From positions 1,128,679 to 1,192,678 of the forward strand of contig JBFWJC010000001.1 of the NCBI GenBank assembly GCA_050253415.1: a stretch of 64,000 bases of DNA, read 5' to 3'. How positions within the stretch are numbered: the first letter of the stretch is position 1; every line of letters begins with the position of its first letter. The stretch is from Pedobacter sp. (GTDB lineage Bacteria > Desulfobacterota > Desulfuromonadia > Desulfuromonadales > Syntrophotaleaceae). Shown one piece after another: positions 49,058-58,274 of the stretch. The translations under genes and the position numbers were made by a program. Under the pieces are notes generated by a model. It made no database searches, was not told where the DNA came from, and saw only the letters and a list, made by a program, of their open reading frames with translations.

Positions 49058-49217
49058 CTTAGGAAAGTTTGTGTGAGTGTTTTCGTCGCTCGCCAGTTTG
49101 ACAAGGTGTCAACATGGTTCAAAACACGCGGACCCACTTGGGCTGTGTGTTTTTTTATTTTGGGCGAACGAGATTTGCACAACAAAAAAAGTTCCCACAG
49201 GGGAACATGGAGTTAAA
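49058..49217 (+). promoter_or_regulatory. Conserved structured 5' leader, csp copy 2
   Basis: Homologous to 47543-47696. Confidence 0.7.
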
Positions 49218-49418
49218 ATGGCAGAAGGTACAGTTAAGTGGTTTAATGACGCAAAAGGTTTTGGTTTTATCGAGCAGGATAACGGACCTGATGTGTTTGT
49301 TCATTTTTCCGAAATTCAGGGCGACGGTTTTAAATCTCTTGCTGAGGGGGACCGCGTAAGCTTCGAAGTCACCCAAGGCCAGAAAGGCCCCCAGTCGGCT
49401 AACGTACGCCGCATTTAA
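49218..49418 (+). CDS. Cold-shock protein (CspA family), copy 2
   Basis: 66 aa; 3 aa differences from copy 1. Confidence 0.97.
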   Translation: MAEGTVKWFNDAKGFGFIEQDNGPDVFVHFSEIQGDGFKSLAEGDRVSFEVTQGQKGPQSANVRRI

Positions 49419-49442
49419 GTAAGACTTTGCATTAACGTGCAT

Positions 49443-49479
49443 AAGAGCCCCGCGGGATTTCGTGGGGCTCTTTTTTTTT
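49443..49479 (+). terminator. Intrinsic terminator, csp copy 2
   Basis: AAGAGCCCCGCGG-GATT-TCGTGGGGCTCTTTTTTTTT, near-identical to copy 1. Confidence 0.9.
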
Positions 49480-49557
49480 GATAACAAGTACGTCTATCCA
49501 ATAACGTCTATTCTGCTTTTCATCATAAGCGGATTAGCTTTTAGAAAGGATAATTCG

Positions 49558-49683
49558 ATGGCAAGAAAACCAAATTACGGCTTTGAAAAGCGTCAAAAGG
49601 AACTTGCAAAAAAAGCCAAAAAAGAGGAGAAAAATAAGCGTAAGCAGGATGAAAAGTCCCCAGACGCCCCCGACGAAGAGTAG
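49558..49683 (+). CDS. Small Lys/Glu-rich protein (41 aa)
   Basis: AAGGA RBS; MARKPNYGFEKRQKELAKKAKKEEK... Confidence 0.7.
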   Translation: MARKPNYGFEKRQKELAKKAKKEEKNKRKQDEKSPDAPDEE

Positions 49684-50162
49684 TTGACCCGGTCTCTAAA
49701 TATGGAGGGGAGCCTCTTTGTTTTGTAGTGAAATGCTATTTTTCGGGAAGATCTTGCTTGCTGCATCCACAAAGAAAAGTCAGGGGTGGGGCTAGAAGTG
49801 TTCATTTAACGTTTTCTTGTGTTCTGGGCCCTTATAGTGCCGTACTTGAGCTTTGATGGTGATGGCTAAATATTTCATACGATGATGCGGATTTCTTATT
49901 CCTTCCCATTCCCAAGGGGGCTTGAGTGACCTTGCCCGTGCAGGTTCTTTGTTACGCCGAGCATAAATTAAGGTCCGGGGGTGTAAATCTTTTGTCTTTC
50001 TTTTAGAAAACAACCACCTGTCTCCGGTGGAAGAGTCTTCTCCACCCCCTATGAGGGCCATATTATAGGGTTCGGTAGATCATCCTTTCGGCCATAGGTA
50101 TTCCTCGTAAATCCAAAACCAGAAGCTCCGGTATCAGAAGCTGAAATGCCGTTTTTGACGGC

Positions 50163-51530
50163 TTACTTTTTCGGTTCTATCCCGTATGATTTTATCTTGC
50201 GATGCAGGTTGGATCGTTCCATTTCGATGGCTTCCGCGGTACGTGAGATGTTGCCCTCGTTTTCCTGCAGTTTTTGCAAAATGAACTCCCTTTCAAAATC
50301 GTCCCTTGCCTGTTTAAGACTCACGCCGTTTGCGGGCAGGTAGGGCTTGGCTCCGGAGTCGCGATTACCACTTCTTTGAATGCTGCTGGGGAGGTCTTCA
50401 AAGCCGATGGTCTGCCGAGGACTCATAATAACCAGGCGTTCGACGATATTTTTCAGCTCTCGAACGTTGCCAGGCCAGTTGTACGCCGTCAGTGCCTCGA
50501 TGGCATCCTGCTCCAGGGTCTTTATTTCCCTGCTTTCCTTGCTGCAAAAATAAGCGAGAAAGTGTTTTGCCAACAAGGGGATGTCTTCGCTGCGATCGCG
50601 CAGAGGGGGGACATGGAAGGGGAGTACATTGAGGCGGTAATAGAGATCCTGTCGGAAATTTCCCTCCTGAATCTCCTCTTCAAGATCCTTATTGGTGGCC
50701 GCAATAACCCGTACATCAACTTCAATGGTGCGATTCCCGCCTACCCGTTCGAATTTCCGCTCTTGCAGGATACGCAGAATTTTCGCTTGCGTCTTGAGGC
50801 TCATATCGCCAATTTCGTCCAGGAACAGACTGCCTTCGTGAGCTTGGTCGAATTTACCTTTACGTTGAGCGGTGGCGCCTGTAAACGCACCTTTTTCGTG
50901 ACCGAAAAGTTCCGACTCGATTAATTCCTCGGGGATCGCTGCGCAGTTGACCTCGACAAAGGGTTTATCGCTTCTTTTTGAGTAGTGATGAATAGCACGT
51001 GCCACCAGTTCTTTGCCTGTTCCGTTTTCGCCGGTGATGAGAACCCATCCGGAGGTTGGTGCGGCGATGGCAATCTGCTCCTTGAGGTTTTGTATGGCCG
51101 CACTGCAGCCAACCATTTCGTATTCCTTGGCCATTTTGGCTTTTAGCGATCGGTTTTCCTCGACCAGTCGATTTACCTTGAGCGCATTTTCGATGCTGAT
51201 TAGAACCTTCTCCAGGGACAGTGGCTTTTCGATAAAGTCGTAAGCGCCAAGCTTTGTGGCTTTGACAGCTGTTTCGATAGTTCCGTGGCCGCTCATCATG
51301 ATGACCACCTGTTCCTGATGGTTTTCGCGGATACGGCGCAGGGTTTCAAGTCCATCGATGCCAGGGAGCCAGATGTCGAGCAGCACCAGATCCGGGGTTT
51401 CCTCGCCGAGCATGGCCAGCGCTTCCTCCCCTGTTTCTGCAACCAGGGTACGGAACCCCTCGTCTTGCAGGATGCCGTCGAGGCTTTCCCGGATGCTTTG
51501 TTCGTCGTCCACGATCAAAATGGTTTTCAT
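50163..51530 (-). CDS. NtrX-like sigma54-dependent response regulator
   Basis: REC (DIWLP, MSGHG), GENGTGKE, ESELFGHEKGAFTGA, WPGNVREL, HTH. Confidence 0.93.
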   Translation of the reverse strand: MKTILIVDDEQSIRESLDGILQDEGFRTLVAETGEEALAMLGEETPDLVLLDIWLPGIDGLETLRRIRENHQEQVVIMMSGHGTIETAVKATKLGAYDFIEKPLSLEKVLISIENALKVNRLVEENRSLKAKMAKEYEMVGCSAAIQNLKEQIAIAAPTSGWVLITGENGTGKELVARAIHHYSKRSDKPFVEVNCAAIPEELIESELFGHEKGAFTGATAQRKGKFDQAHEGSLFLDEIGDMSLKTQAKILRILQERKFERVGGNRTIEVDVRVIAATNKDLEEEIQEGNFRQDLYYRLNVLPFHVPPLRDRSEDIPLLAKHFLAYFCSKESREIKTLEQDAIEALTAYNWPGNVRELKNIVERLVIMSPRQTIGFEDLPSSIQRSGNRDSGAKPYLPANGVSLKQARDDFEREFILQKLQENEGNISRTAEAIEMERSNLHRKIKSYGIEPKK

Positions 51531-51536
51531 GTATGG

Positions 51537-53810
51537 TTATTCCTTTGGCAGGTGCTGGTTTTCTTTGGTGTTTGAAGAGCTATTGATCGGCAGTTCTATA
51601 ATGAATTTGGTGCCTTTGGGTTGGTTGTCCTTTACCCGTATATACCCGTTATGATCAGCGATGATGGTTGCCACTATGGCGAGACCCAGTCCTGTTCCTG
51701 ATTTTTTAGTTGAAAAATAAGGCTCAAACAGACGGGGTTTATCCGCTGTGGGTATGCCGCAACCGTCATCGGAAATAATGATGCTAGCCATCTGCATATC
51801 GATGTTGTATTGGGTTTCAAGCGAAATATGTCCTTCGTCGCTAATTGCACTGACGGCATTGTCCAGCATATTGATGATGGATCGCTTGATCTGATCCCGG
51901 TCGAGGTTGAAGACGGGAATCGTTGCATCCGGCTGGAATGAAAAGGTGATATGCCGGTGGGCTTCCTGATAGAGAACCAGCGCCTCACCGATAATATCAT
52001 TAAGGTTGTTGGGCGCAGGGCTGGCAGAGGGCATCTTGGCAAAATTTGAAAACTCATCAACCAGAATCTTCAGTTCATCGACCTGCTTGATAATCATATT
52101 GGTACAGTCGTCAAAGACTTTGTCGTCTTCGGGAAATCGGTCGAGGTAGCGGCGGCGCAGGCGCTGGGCCGACAAACGGATCGGTGTGAGGGGGTTTTTG
52201 ATCTCGTGGGCGATGCGCCGGGCGACCTCGCGCCATGCTGCCATGCGCTGGGCCTTGATAAGGTGGGTCAGGTCGTCGAACACAACCACCGTTCCCATGA
52301 ACTCGCCATTTTCATCACGCAGGGTGGTGAGGTTGACCAGCAAGGTAAGTTTATTGTCTTCGAGGGGGACGGTAACCTGTTTGTGCATTGAGTCTTTACC
52401 GGATTTGGCCAATTCCCGCAATAATTCGTTGATGAGGGACAGGTGTTCAGCTTTCAGAACCTGACGGAAATGGCGCCCCAGCACTTTTCCGGTCGCGATT
52501 TTTAAAAGTTTTTCAGCGGATTTGTTGATGGTCGTCACGTTTCCCTGGCGGTCAACGGAAATGACTCCGGCCGTGACGTTTTTGAGAACGATTTCCATGT
52601 AACGCCGTCGTTGGTCCAGTTCCTGGTTGGATGCGCGCAGGTGACGGTTGGCTTCGTTGATCCCATCCTGGCTTGTGCGCAGGTCGGCGGTCATCTTATT
52701 GAAGGCTTCAACCAGCAGTGCGATTTCGTCATCACTTTGGGGGGCGATGTGAACCGATAAATCACCGCCGGCGACCCTGTTCGTTGCGGTGACCAGCTCC
52801 TGAATAGGGACAGTGATGGAGCGGGCCAGATAGAAGCCGAACCACGTGGCAAGAAAGATGATTGCCAGTGCAATAATCAACAGGACCTGAATATATCCCT
52901 TTTGAATGCGCCCTTTGAGAAGCTTGGTGGTTTTGTATTGTTCAAAGGACGAAGAAATTTCCTTCATTTTGTTGACCAGTGAGTAGGGGACGTAATAATT
53001 CACCACCACCACACCTACCACGTCATTGGGGTTCCAGTTCGAAAAAACCGGCACGATACCGCGGATCAGGTCGGCTTTACCGATAGGGGTTATACGTGTG
53101 AATCGGTTGCCCTGCAAAGCCTCACGTATGGCATCGCTGCCGGGGTCGGTAAACTCTGCACTGGGGACTTGAGGATTAGAGGCACGGACAAGCTCTTCGT
53201 AGGTAGAGGAAAAGACCTCCACGACACCAAGGTTGTACTCCTGTTGCTTGTCCCGTATCAGTTGCTTTAGTTGTGGCAGGTTTTTTTCATTGAGTAGCTT
53301 CTGGTCCTTGATGAATCGTGCCAGCTGGTCACCATAATAGAGAGCGTTGGCGCCGGAGTTCTTATAGTAGGTTTGCGCGACCTCCAACGATTCGTGCAAG
53401 GAGGTTTCGATCTGGATATTGAACCAGTTTTCTATGGAATTGGAAACGAAACCCGCCGCGACGAAGAACAGCAGCAGGGTGGGGATAAGTGAGAGTGAAA
53501 CGAAAGCAACAACCAGACGGGTTCGCAGCCGTGCTCCGGGTACATTCCTGCGTCGCTCCAGAATAAGTTTGAAGACATTGCGAAATACCAGAAACAGGGT
53601 GAGGATGATCAACAGAATATTCAGGTTGATCAGCGCCAGTACCAGCAGGCTTTTGGCCACGGGGACCTGAGAAGAATACTGGTAAAGTTGCGTCTCGAAC
53701 TTCGAGAATACCACCACCAGGGCCGTAATAAGGCCGATGAGTAGCCATTCGCGCCGGCGTTTGCGTGATTCACGGTTGCTTCGTTCTGGATCGGTGGGTA
53801 TTTGGGTCAT
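51537..53810 (-). CDS. NtrY-like sensor histidine kinase (HAMP-PAS-HisKA-HATPase)
   Basis: GARLRTRLV..F, HAMP, PAS, AAWREVARRIAHEIKNPLTPI.LSA, FEPYFSTK..GTGLGL. Confidence 0.93.
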   Translation of the reverse strand: MTQIPTDPERSNRESRKRRREWLLIGLITALVVVFSKFETQLYQYSSQVPVAKSLLVLALINLNILLIILTLFLVFRNVFKLILERRRNVPGARLRTRLVVAFVSLSLIPTLLLFFVAAGFVSNSIENWFNIQIETSLHESLEVAQTYYKNSGANALYYGDQLARFIKDQKLLNEKNLPQLKQLIRDKQQEYNLGVVEVFSSTYEELVRASNPQVPSAEFTDPGSDAIREALQGNRFTRITPIGKADLIRGIVPVFSNWNPNDVVGVVVVNYYVPYSLVNKMKEISSSFEQYKTTKLLKGRIQKGYIQVLLIIALAIIFLATWFGFYLARSITVPIQELVTATNRVAGGDLSVHIAPQSDDEIALLVEAFNKMTADLRTSQDGINEANRHLRASNQELDQRRRYMEIVLKNVTAGVISVDRQGNVTTINKSAEKLLKIATGKVLGRHFRQVLKAEHLSLINELLRELAKSGKDSMHKQVTVPLEDNKLTLLVNLTTLRDENGEFMGTVVVFDDLTHLIKAQRMAAWREVARRIAHEIKNPLTPIRLSAQRLRRRYLDRFPEDDKVFDDCTNMIIKQVDELKILVDEFSNFAKMPSASPAPNNLNDIIGEALVLYQEAHRHITFSFQPDATIPVFNLDRDQIKRSIINMLDNAVSAISDEGHISLETQYNIDMQMASIIISDDGCGIPTADKPRLFEPYFSTKKSGTGLGLAIVATIIADHNGYIRVKDNQPKGTKFIIELPINSSSNTKENQHLPKE

Positions 53811-53893
53811 ACGTCAGCTCACTGCCAAGGGTAGATTAAGTATCCGATTTTAGGCCAGGATCGCTTCACTTTGCAACCATGAGGTCGTTGGGT

Positions 53894-53926
53894 AAAAAAA
53901 AAGCAGCCGGAACGGCTGCTTTTTTT
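53894..53926. terminator. Bidirectional-type terminator after lpxC
   Basis: A9-GCAGCCG-GAA-CGGCTGC-T7. Confidence 0.85.
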
Positions 53927-53943
53927 GAAATATATGGAAGATC

Positions 53944-54873
53944 TCAGGCTTCAGAGGCAGTCGCCATTACCATCGCGGCATGCCCTGAAATGGCAAGGCT
54001 GCTATGGGAAATGCTTTCACCCGATTCGACCAGCTGCCAGCAGTCGGGGTTGGCGAGAATCTTCTCGACCATCTGATGGTTGATGTCGTGACCGGCCTTG
54101 TAAGCTTTGACATGCCCGAGCACCGGGTAACCCAGCAGGCTGAAGTCTCCTACGGCGTCCAGAATTTTATGCCGTACGCACTCGTCTTCAAATCGCACGC
54201 CACCGGGGTTGAGGATGCCGTCCTCACCGATAACCACGGCATTGTCCAGCGACCCACCGAGGGCAAGGCCGTTAGCCTTGAGATATTCAACTTCGTGTAA
54301 AAAACCGAAGGTGCGTGCCGGGGCGATATCTTTTCGGAACGATTCACCGGTAACCTTGACGGCACGGTGCTGCAGGCCAATGCAGGGGTGATCAAAAGCA
54401 ATGTCGAAGGTGATGCGAAAAAACCGCGATGGAATGATGCTGACACGTTTTTCGCCGTCGACCAGAGTGATTGGTTTGCGAATGGCCAGATATTTACGGC
54501 GTTTTTCCTGAGTCTGGTTGCCAGTCTCCTGCAGCAATGCGACAAAAGGAGCAGCGCTGCCATCCATGACGGGAACTTCAGGGCCATCGATATCGATATG
54601 CAGGTTGTCGATGCCGCAGGCCGATAAGGCCGCCATGAGGTGTTCAATAGTTGAAACGCTTACACCCTCTTTGCCGATGACGGTCGCGAGGCGAGTGTCA
54701 ACCACGTTGGCGGAGATAGCAGGTATGGAAACCCGACGTTCGCCATCAATGCGGTGAAAGATGATGCCGTTGTCAGCCTCGGCCGGTCGCAGCGTCATGG
54801 TGATCAGGCGACCGGTGTGCAGGCCAATGCCGGAAATTGTCAAAGCGCGCTTGATGGTCGATTGGTTTATCAT
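53944..54873 (-). CDS. lpxC: UDP-3-O-acyl-N-acetylglucosamine deacetylase
   Basis: GIGLHTG, TIEHLMAA, EVPVMDGSA, ARTFGF, GGSLDNA, RHKILD..GD, AGH. Confidence 0.97.
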   Translation of the reverse strand: MINQSTIKRALTISGIGLHTGRLITMTLRPAEADNGIIFHRIDGERRVSIPAISANVVDTRLATVIGKEGVSVSTIEHLMAALSACGIDNLHIDIDGPEVPVMDGSAAPFVALLQETGNQTQEKRRKYLAIRKPITLVDGEKRVSIIPSRFFRITFDIAFDHPCIGLQHRAVKVTGESFRKDIAPARTFGFLHEVEYLKANGLALGGSLDNAVVIGEDGILNPGGVRFEDECVRHKILDAVGDFSLLGYPVLGHVKAYKAGHDINHQMVEKILANPDCWQLVESGESISHSSLAISGHAAMVMATASEA

Positions 54874-54927
54874 GAAACGTCCCTCTTATGTAGTGAGTGC
54901 GGAAGTGTTTATTTTTATTCTGTAACA

Positions 54928-54943
54928 AGCAAGGGGCGTGCCA
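54928..54943 (-). promoter_or_regulatory. Sigma54 (-24/-12) promoter of lpxC
   Basis: TGGCACGCCCCTTGCT, perfect consensus, 55 nt upstream of ATG. Confidence 0.8.
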
Positions 54944-55034
54944 CTTTTGTTTAGTGGGGTAACTAGCCGATAATATAGGTTTGTCTGTAGCTTTGAGTTG
55001 CTGAGGAGGGGGTTGTGATCGTGGTTATTAAACC

Positions 55035-55058
55035 CACTGTGGTATTGTGGCCACAGTG
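55035..55058. promoter_or_regulatory. Palindrome: candidate activator site or hairpin
   Basis: CACTGTGG-N8-CCACAGTG, ~100 bp upstream of the sigma54 site and directly after the ubiB-like stop. Confidence 0.45.
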
Positions 55059-56750
55059 CTACAGTCGACCGGAGCGTAATATGGCGACTGCCAGCCAGAG
55101 GCCAAGCACGGCGGCAATAGTGTAACCGAGGAATCCCAACACCGGGAATCCCATCACCAGGGGCCCTTTATCAACTTGCATGATAAGTGATGATCCTACG
55201 ATCAGGGCGCTGATCAACATGCTGAAAGACAGGCGGTTGCTTGATTTGTCGAGGTCGGTGATGAGCTGATTGAGCCCGCGATGTTCGAGATTTATTTTAA
55301 AGCGATTGCGATTGATGCGCAACAACAAGGTGCGCAGGTCTCGTGGTAGCTTACGCAGCAGGGTGCCGTATTCTTCTGCAACATTCTTCATGTCTTTGGC
55401 CAGGTAGGACGGGGACAGGCGTTCCCGGGCAAGACGTTCCATGAAAGGTTTAAGATGGTGAACCATGTTGAAGTCAGGATCCAACTGCCTGCCGATGCCC
55501 TCCATGGTGATAAGCGCCCGGGTCAATAGCAGCAAATCGGGCGGCACGCCGATGCGAAACTGAACGAGAATATTGATAAGGTCGGTGAGCAACCGACCGG
55601 TATTGATTTCCTGCAGCGGCACTTCATAGTAATCATCGATAAAGTCGGATACTACCTTTTTCAGGTCTGCAATGATCGGGTCTTCCTCCCGTGCGCCCGA
55701 TTCAAGCAGAAGTCGGGTAACTTTTTCGACATCACGATCAAGGATCCCTGTAAGCAAGTCGACCAGTTGATACTTCAGTGTGCGATCAAGGCGACCAACC
55801 ATTCCGTAATCGAGAAAACACACAACCGGGCCGGGCAATATGTAAATATTCCCCGGATGGGGGTCGCCGTGGAACAGCCCATGCTCCAGGACCTGTTTGA
55901 GGAGGGCATTCGCACCATAGCGCGCAATCGTTGTCAGGTCATGTCCGGTGCTGTGCAGTTTTTCAAAGTTGCTGACTTTTATTCCTTCGATAAATTCCAT
56001 GGTCAGGACCGTCTCACCGCACAGGTCCCGGTACAGGTGGGGAACATGAAAGGTCGAATCGCCGACAAAATTGGCGGCAAATCGCTCGATTGTGTGTCCC
56101 TCACGCGTAAAATTGAGTTCGCGCTGAATGCTGCGGCGGAATTCTTTGACCAGCGCAACCGGGGTGTAGAATTGAAGGGCTGGGAGATGATGTTCGGCGA
56201 GAGATGCCAGGCTCATGAGAATATCGAGGTCGGTGGCAACAATTTGTTCTATATCGGGCCGCCGAACTTTAACTGCAACCTGTATCCCATCGGGCAGCGC
56301 AGCTTTGTACACCTGGGCAATGGATGCGGCAGCCAGGGGAGTCTTGTCAAAGTGTGAAAATAATTCCGGGATGGGGGCTTCAAGTTCTTGTTCGATCTGT
56401 TGACGGGCCAGCTCGAACGGAAACGCTGGGATGTCATCTTGCAGACGGCTGAACTCAGCAATGTATTCTGGAGGGAAAACGTCCGGTCGGGTGGAAAGCA
56501 GTTGTCCGAATTTGATAAAAGTGGGGCCAAGCTCTTCCATGGCCAATCGCAAACGCAAGGCCGGAGTCTGTCGTCGTGCTGCCCTGGCTTTAGAGCCTCC
56601 GGTGAAGATTTGGCGGCTGCGTTGCAGTACGAAGCGGATTTGCAGTTGATCCAGGACTTGTCCAAAGCCGTACTTAAGCAATGTGCCCAGAATCTGGCGA
56701 TAGCGGCGCAACGAGCGGATATTGCGGTTGAGTCGGCGTAGGTTCAGCAT
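55059..56750 (-). CDS. ABC1/UbiB-family atypical kinase
   Basis: LGPTFIKFGQ, AAASIAQV, VAVKV.RP, FHGDPHPGN, DYGMVG, two C-terminal TMs. Confidence 0.93.
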   Translation of the reverse strand: MLNLRRLNRNIRSLRRYRQILGTLLKYGFGQVLDQLQIRFVLQRSRQIFTGGSKARAARRQTPALRLRLAMEELGPTFIKFGQLLSTRPDVFPPEYIAEFSRLQDDIPAFPFELARQQIEQELEAPIPELFSHFDKTPLAAASIAQVYKAALPDGIQVAVKVRRPDIEQIVATDLDILMSLASLAEHHLPALQFYTPVALVKEFRRSIQRELNFTREGHTIERFAANFVGDSTFHVPHLYRDLCGETVLTMEFIEGIKVSNFEKLHSTGHDLTTIARYGANALLKQVLEHGLFHGDPHPGNIYILPGPVVCFLDYGMVGRLDRTLKYQLVDLLTGILDRDVEKVTRLLLESGAREEDPIIADLKKVVSDFIDDYYEVPLQEINTGRLLTDLINILVQFRIGVPPDLLLLTRALITMEGIGRQLDPDFNMVHHLKPFMERLARERLSPSYLAKDMKNVAEEYGTLLRKLPRDLRTLLLRINRNRFKINLEHRGLNQLITDLDKSSNRLSFSMLISALIVGSSLIMQVDKGPLVMGFPVLGFLGYTIAAVLGLWLAVAILRSGRL

Positions 56751-57079
56751 GCGGAGGGGGTGTCATCTTCCTTGCCCCGGCGCATTTTATGAATATCCTT
56801 TTCGAGGGTCTGGATTTTTTTGGCCAAACGATGGAGTTCTTCCTTGCTGACCAGGCCTATGTCCTCACAGGCCCTGCGTACTTCCTCGCGGGCCACTTCC
56901 TCAAGTCTCTGCTGGTTGTTTCTCGCTGTATCTGTGAGCAGCTTAAGCAGTTCCTGTCCTTTTTCCTCGCTCAGGTTGAGTTTGCTCTTCAGCTCGACCG
57001 CCAATTCTTCGGCCTTTTTCTGGGTGAGCGTAAGTGCGCCGAGTGCAGTCAAAAGTGATTTTTCAATAAGTTCGATCAT
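56744..57079 (-). CDS. Phasin-like coiled-coil protein
   Basis: L..ALGAL.LT..KAEEL...L...L.EEKG..L, C-terminal coiled coil; overlaps the ubiB-like start. Confidence 0.75.
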   Translation of the reverse strand: MIELIEKSLLTALGALTLTQKKAEELAVELKSKLNLSEEKGQELLKLLTDTARNNQQRLEEVAREEVRRACEDIGLVSKEELHRLAKKIQTLEKDIHKMRRGKEDDTPSAC

Positions 57080-57147
57080 CGTTTAGACCCCCTTGTGTTT
57101 ATTCATTGGAAACACTGAAATTTTAACACAGCGGCCAGCCCCTGCAA

Positions 57148-58110
57148 TCATGCATCGCGTAGCGCACGCAATTGCGGGAGCACCGAGCGGGCAGCCTTTT
57201 CGCCTGCAGCGATGGCCTCAATTGCGCGGTGGAATTCAAGCATGGTGAGGTCCTCAAAATCGGGCCAGATCAAAACATCGGCATGGAGGCGTTCCAGCTG
57301 CAAGGCATTGATGCGGTTTTCCATGATCGCAACGCTGCGGGAGCAGATGCTGAAAATATTGGGCGGTTTGCGATTGCGTGGGTGTGACTCTTTTTCCGCA
57401 TTGTTTTCCTGTCGCCAGATATCGCCGCAGAGCTTTTCGATATTTGCCGCAGTAAAAAAATGGCGTAGTCTGGAAGGTTCTATGCGTTGTTTGCCTTTGG
57501 AAGGTAGAAACGCTTCCGCGCTCGGTTGCTGGACCCGGGGGATGGTGCAGACGCCGATGACCTTTGCCGCGCCCATCTGGTAGGCCACATCCAATGGTAC
57601 CGGATTGGTAAGGCCTCCATCGACCAGGAAACGATCCCCGAAGGGGACGGGGGTGAATATTCCGGGAAACGCGATGGCGGCTCGCAGGCCTTCTAGCAGA
57701 TTTCCTTTGCGGATGATCAGGGCCTCGCCGGTTTCCACATCCGTGGCGGTGATAGCCAGGGGAATACGCAGTTCCTCAAAGGTGGAAACGGGCAACAGTT
57801 CTTCAAGAAAGGTGGCCACGCGCTTACCATCCATTAATCCCGATGTCGGCAGGGTCGGATCGATAAGGCGTGCCAATGCACGCCAGTCCAGATCCCGCAT
57901 GACCTCCTCCATGCGATGAACGGAGACGCCTGCGGCGTAGAGAGCTCCCAACGCCGCACCGATTGATGTGCCGGCGATAAGGTCCACGGGGATCCCCTCA
58001 TCTTTCAGGACCTTGAGGACCCCGATATGGGCCAGCCCGCGTGCCGCGCCGCTACCAAGAGCCAGTGCTATTTGAGGGCGGGGTTTTGTCATAAGCCTCT
58101 GTACCGACAT
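57148..58110 (-). CDS. Patatin-like phospholipase (RssA-like)
   Basis: ALGSGAARGLAHIGV, GTSIG, LVDGG. Confidence 0.92.
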   Translation of the reverse strand: MSVQRLMTKPRPQIALALGSGAARGLAHIGVLKVLKDEGIPVDLIAGTSIGAALGALYAAGVSVHRMEEVMRDLDWRALARLIDPTLPTSGLMDGKRVATFLEELLPVSTFEELRIPLAITATDVETGEALIIRKGNLLEGLRAAIAFPGIFTPVPFGDRFLVDGGLTNPVPLDVAYQMGAAKVIGVCTIPRVQQPSAEAFLPSKGKQRIEPSRLRHFFTAANIEKLCGDIWRQENNAEKESHPRNRKPPNIFSICSRSVAIMENRINALQLERLHADVLIWPDFEDLTMLEFHRAIEAIAAGEKAARSVLPQLRALRDA

Positions 58111-58274
58111 GGAGGGTTTCCGGATGCCGAGGTGTTTCCGCGTGGTTCGGTCGCACCTCGAATTTCTGTCGGAGCGTTTAATAGTGCTCTGTGTGGTCAG
58201 GTTTTTCCTGAAGGGTACGCTTCAAGGGTATCGCAGGCAAGCTGCGGAGGCAAGTGTGGGAGCCGTGGATAAGA

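Noticed and set aside
49792..50095. 89-aa minus-strand ORF and an SD-ATG at ~50095 suggesting a decayed gene
   Set aside because: No recognisable family in any frame and an early stop after the SD-ATG; cannot be supported without BLASTx.
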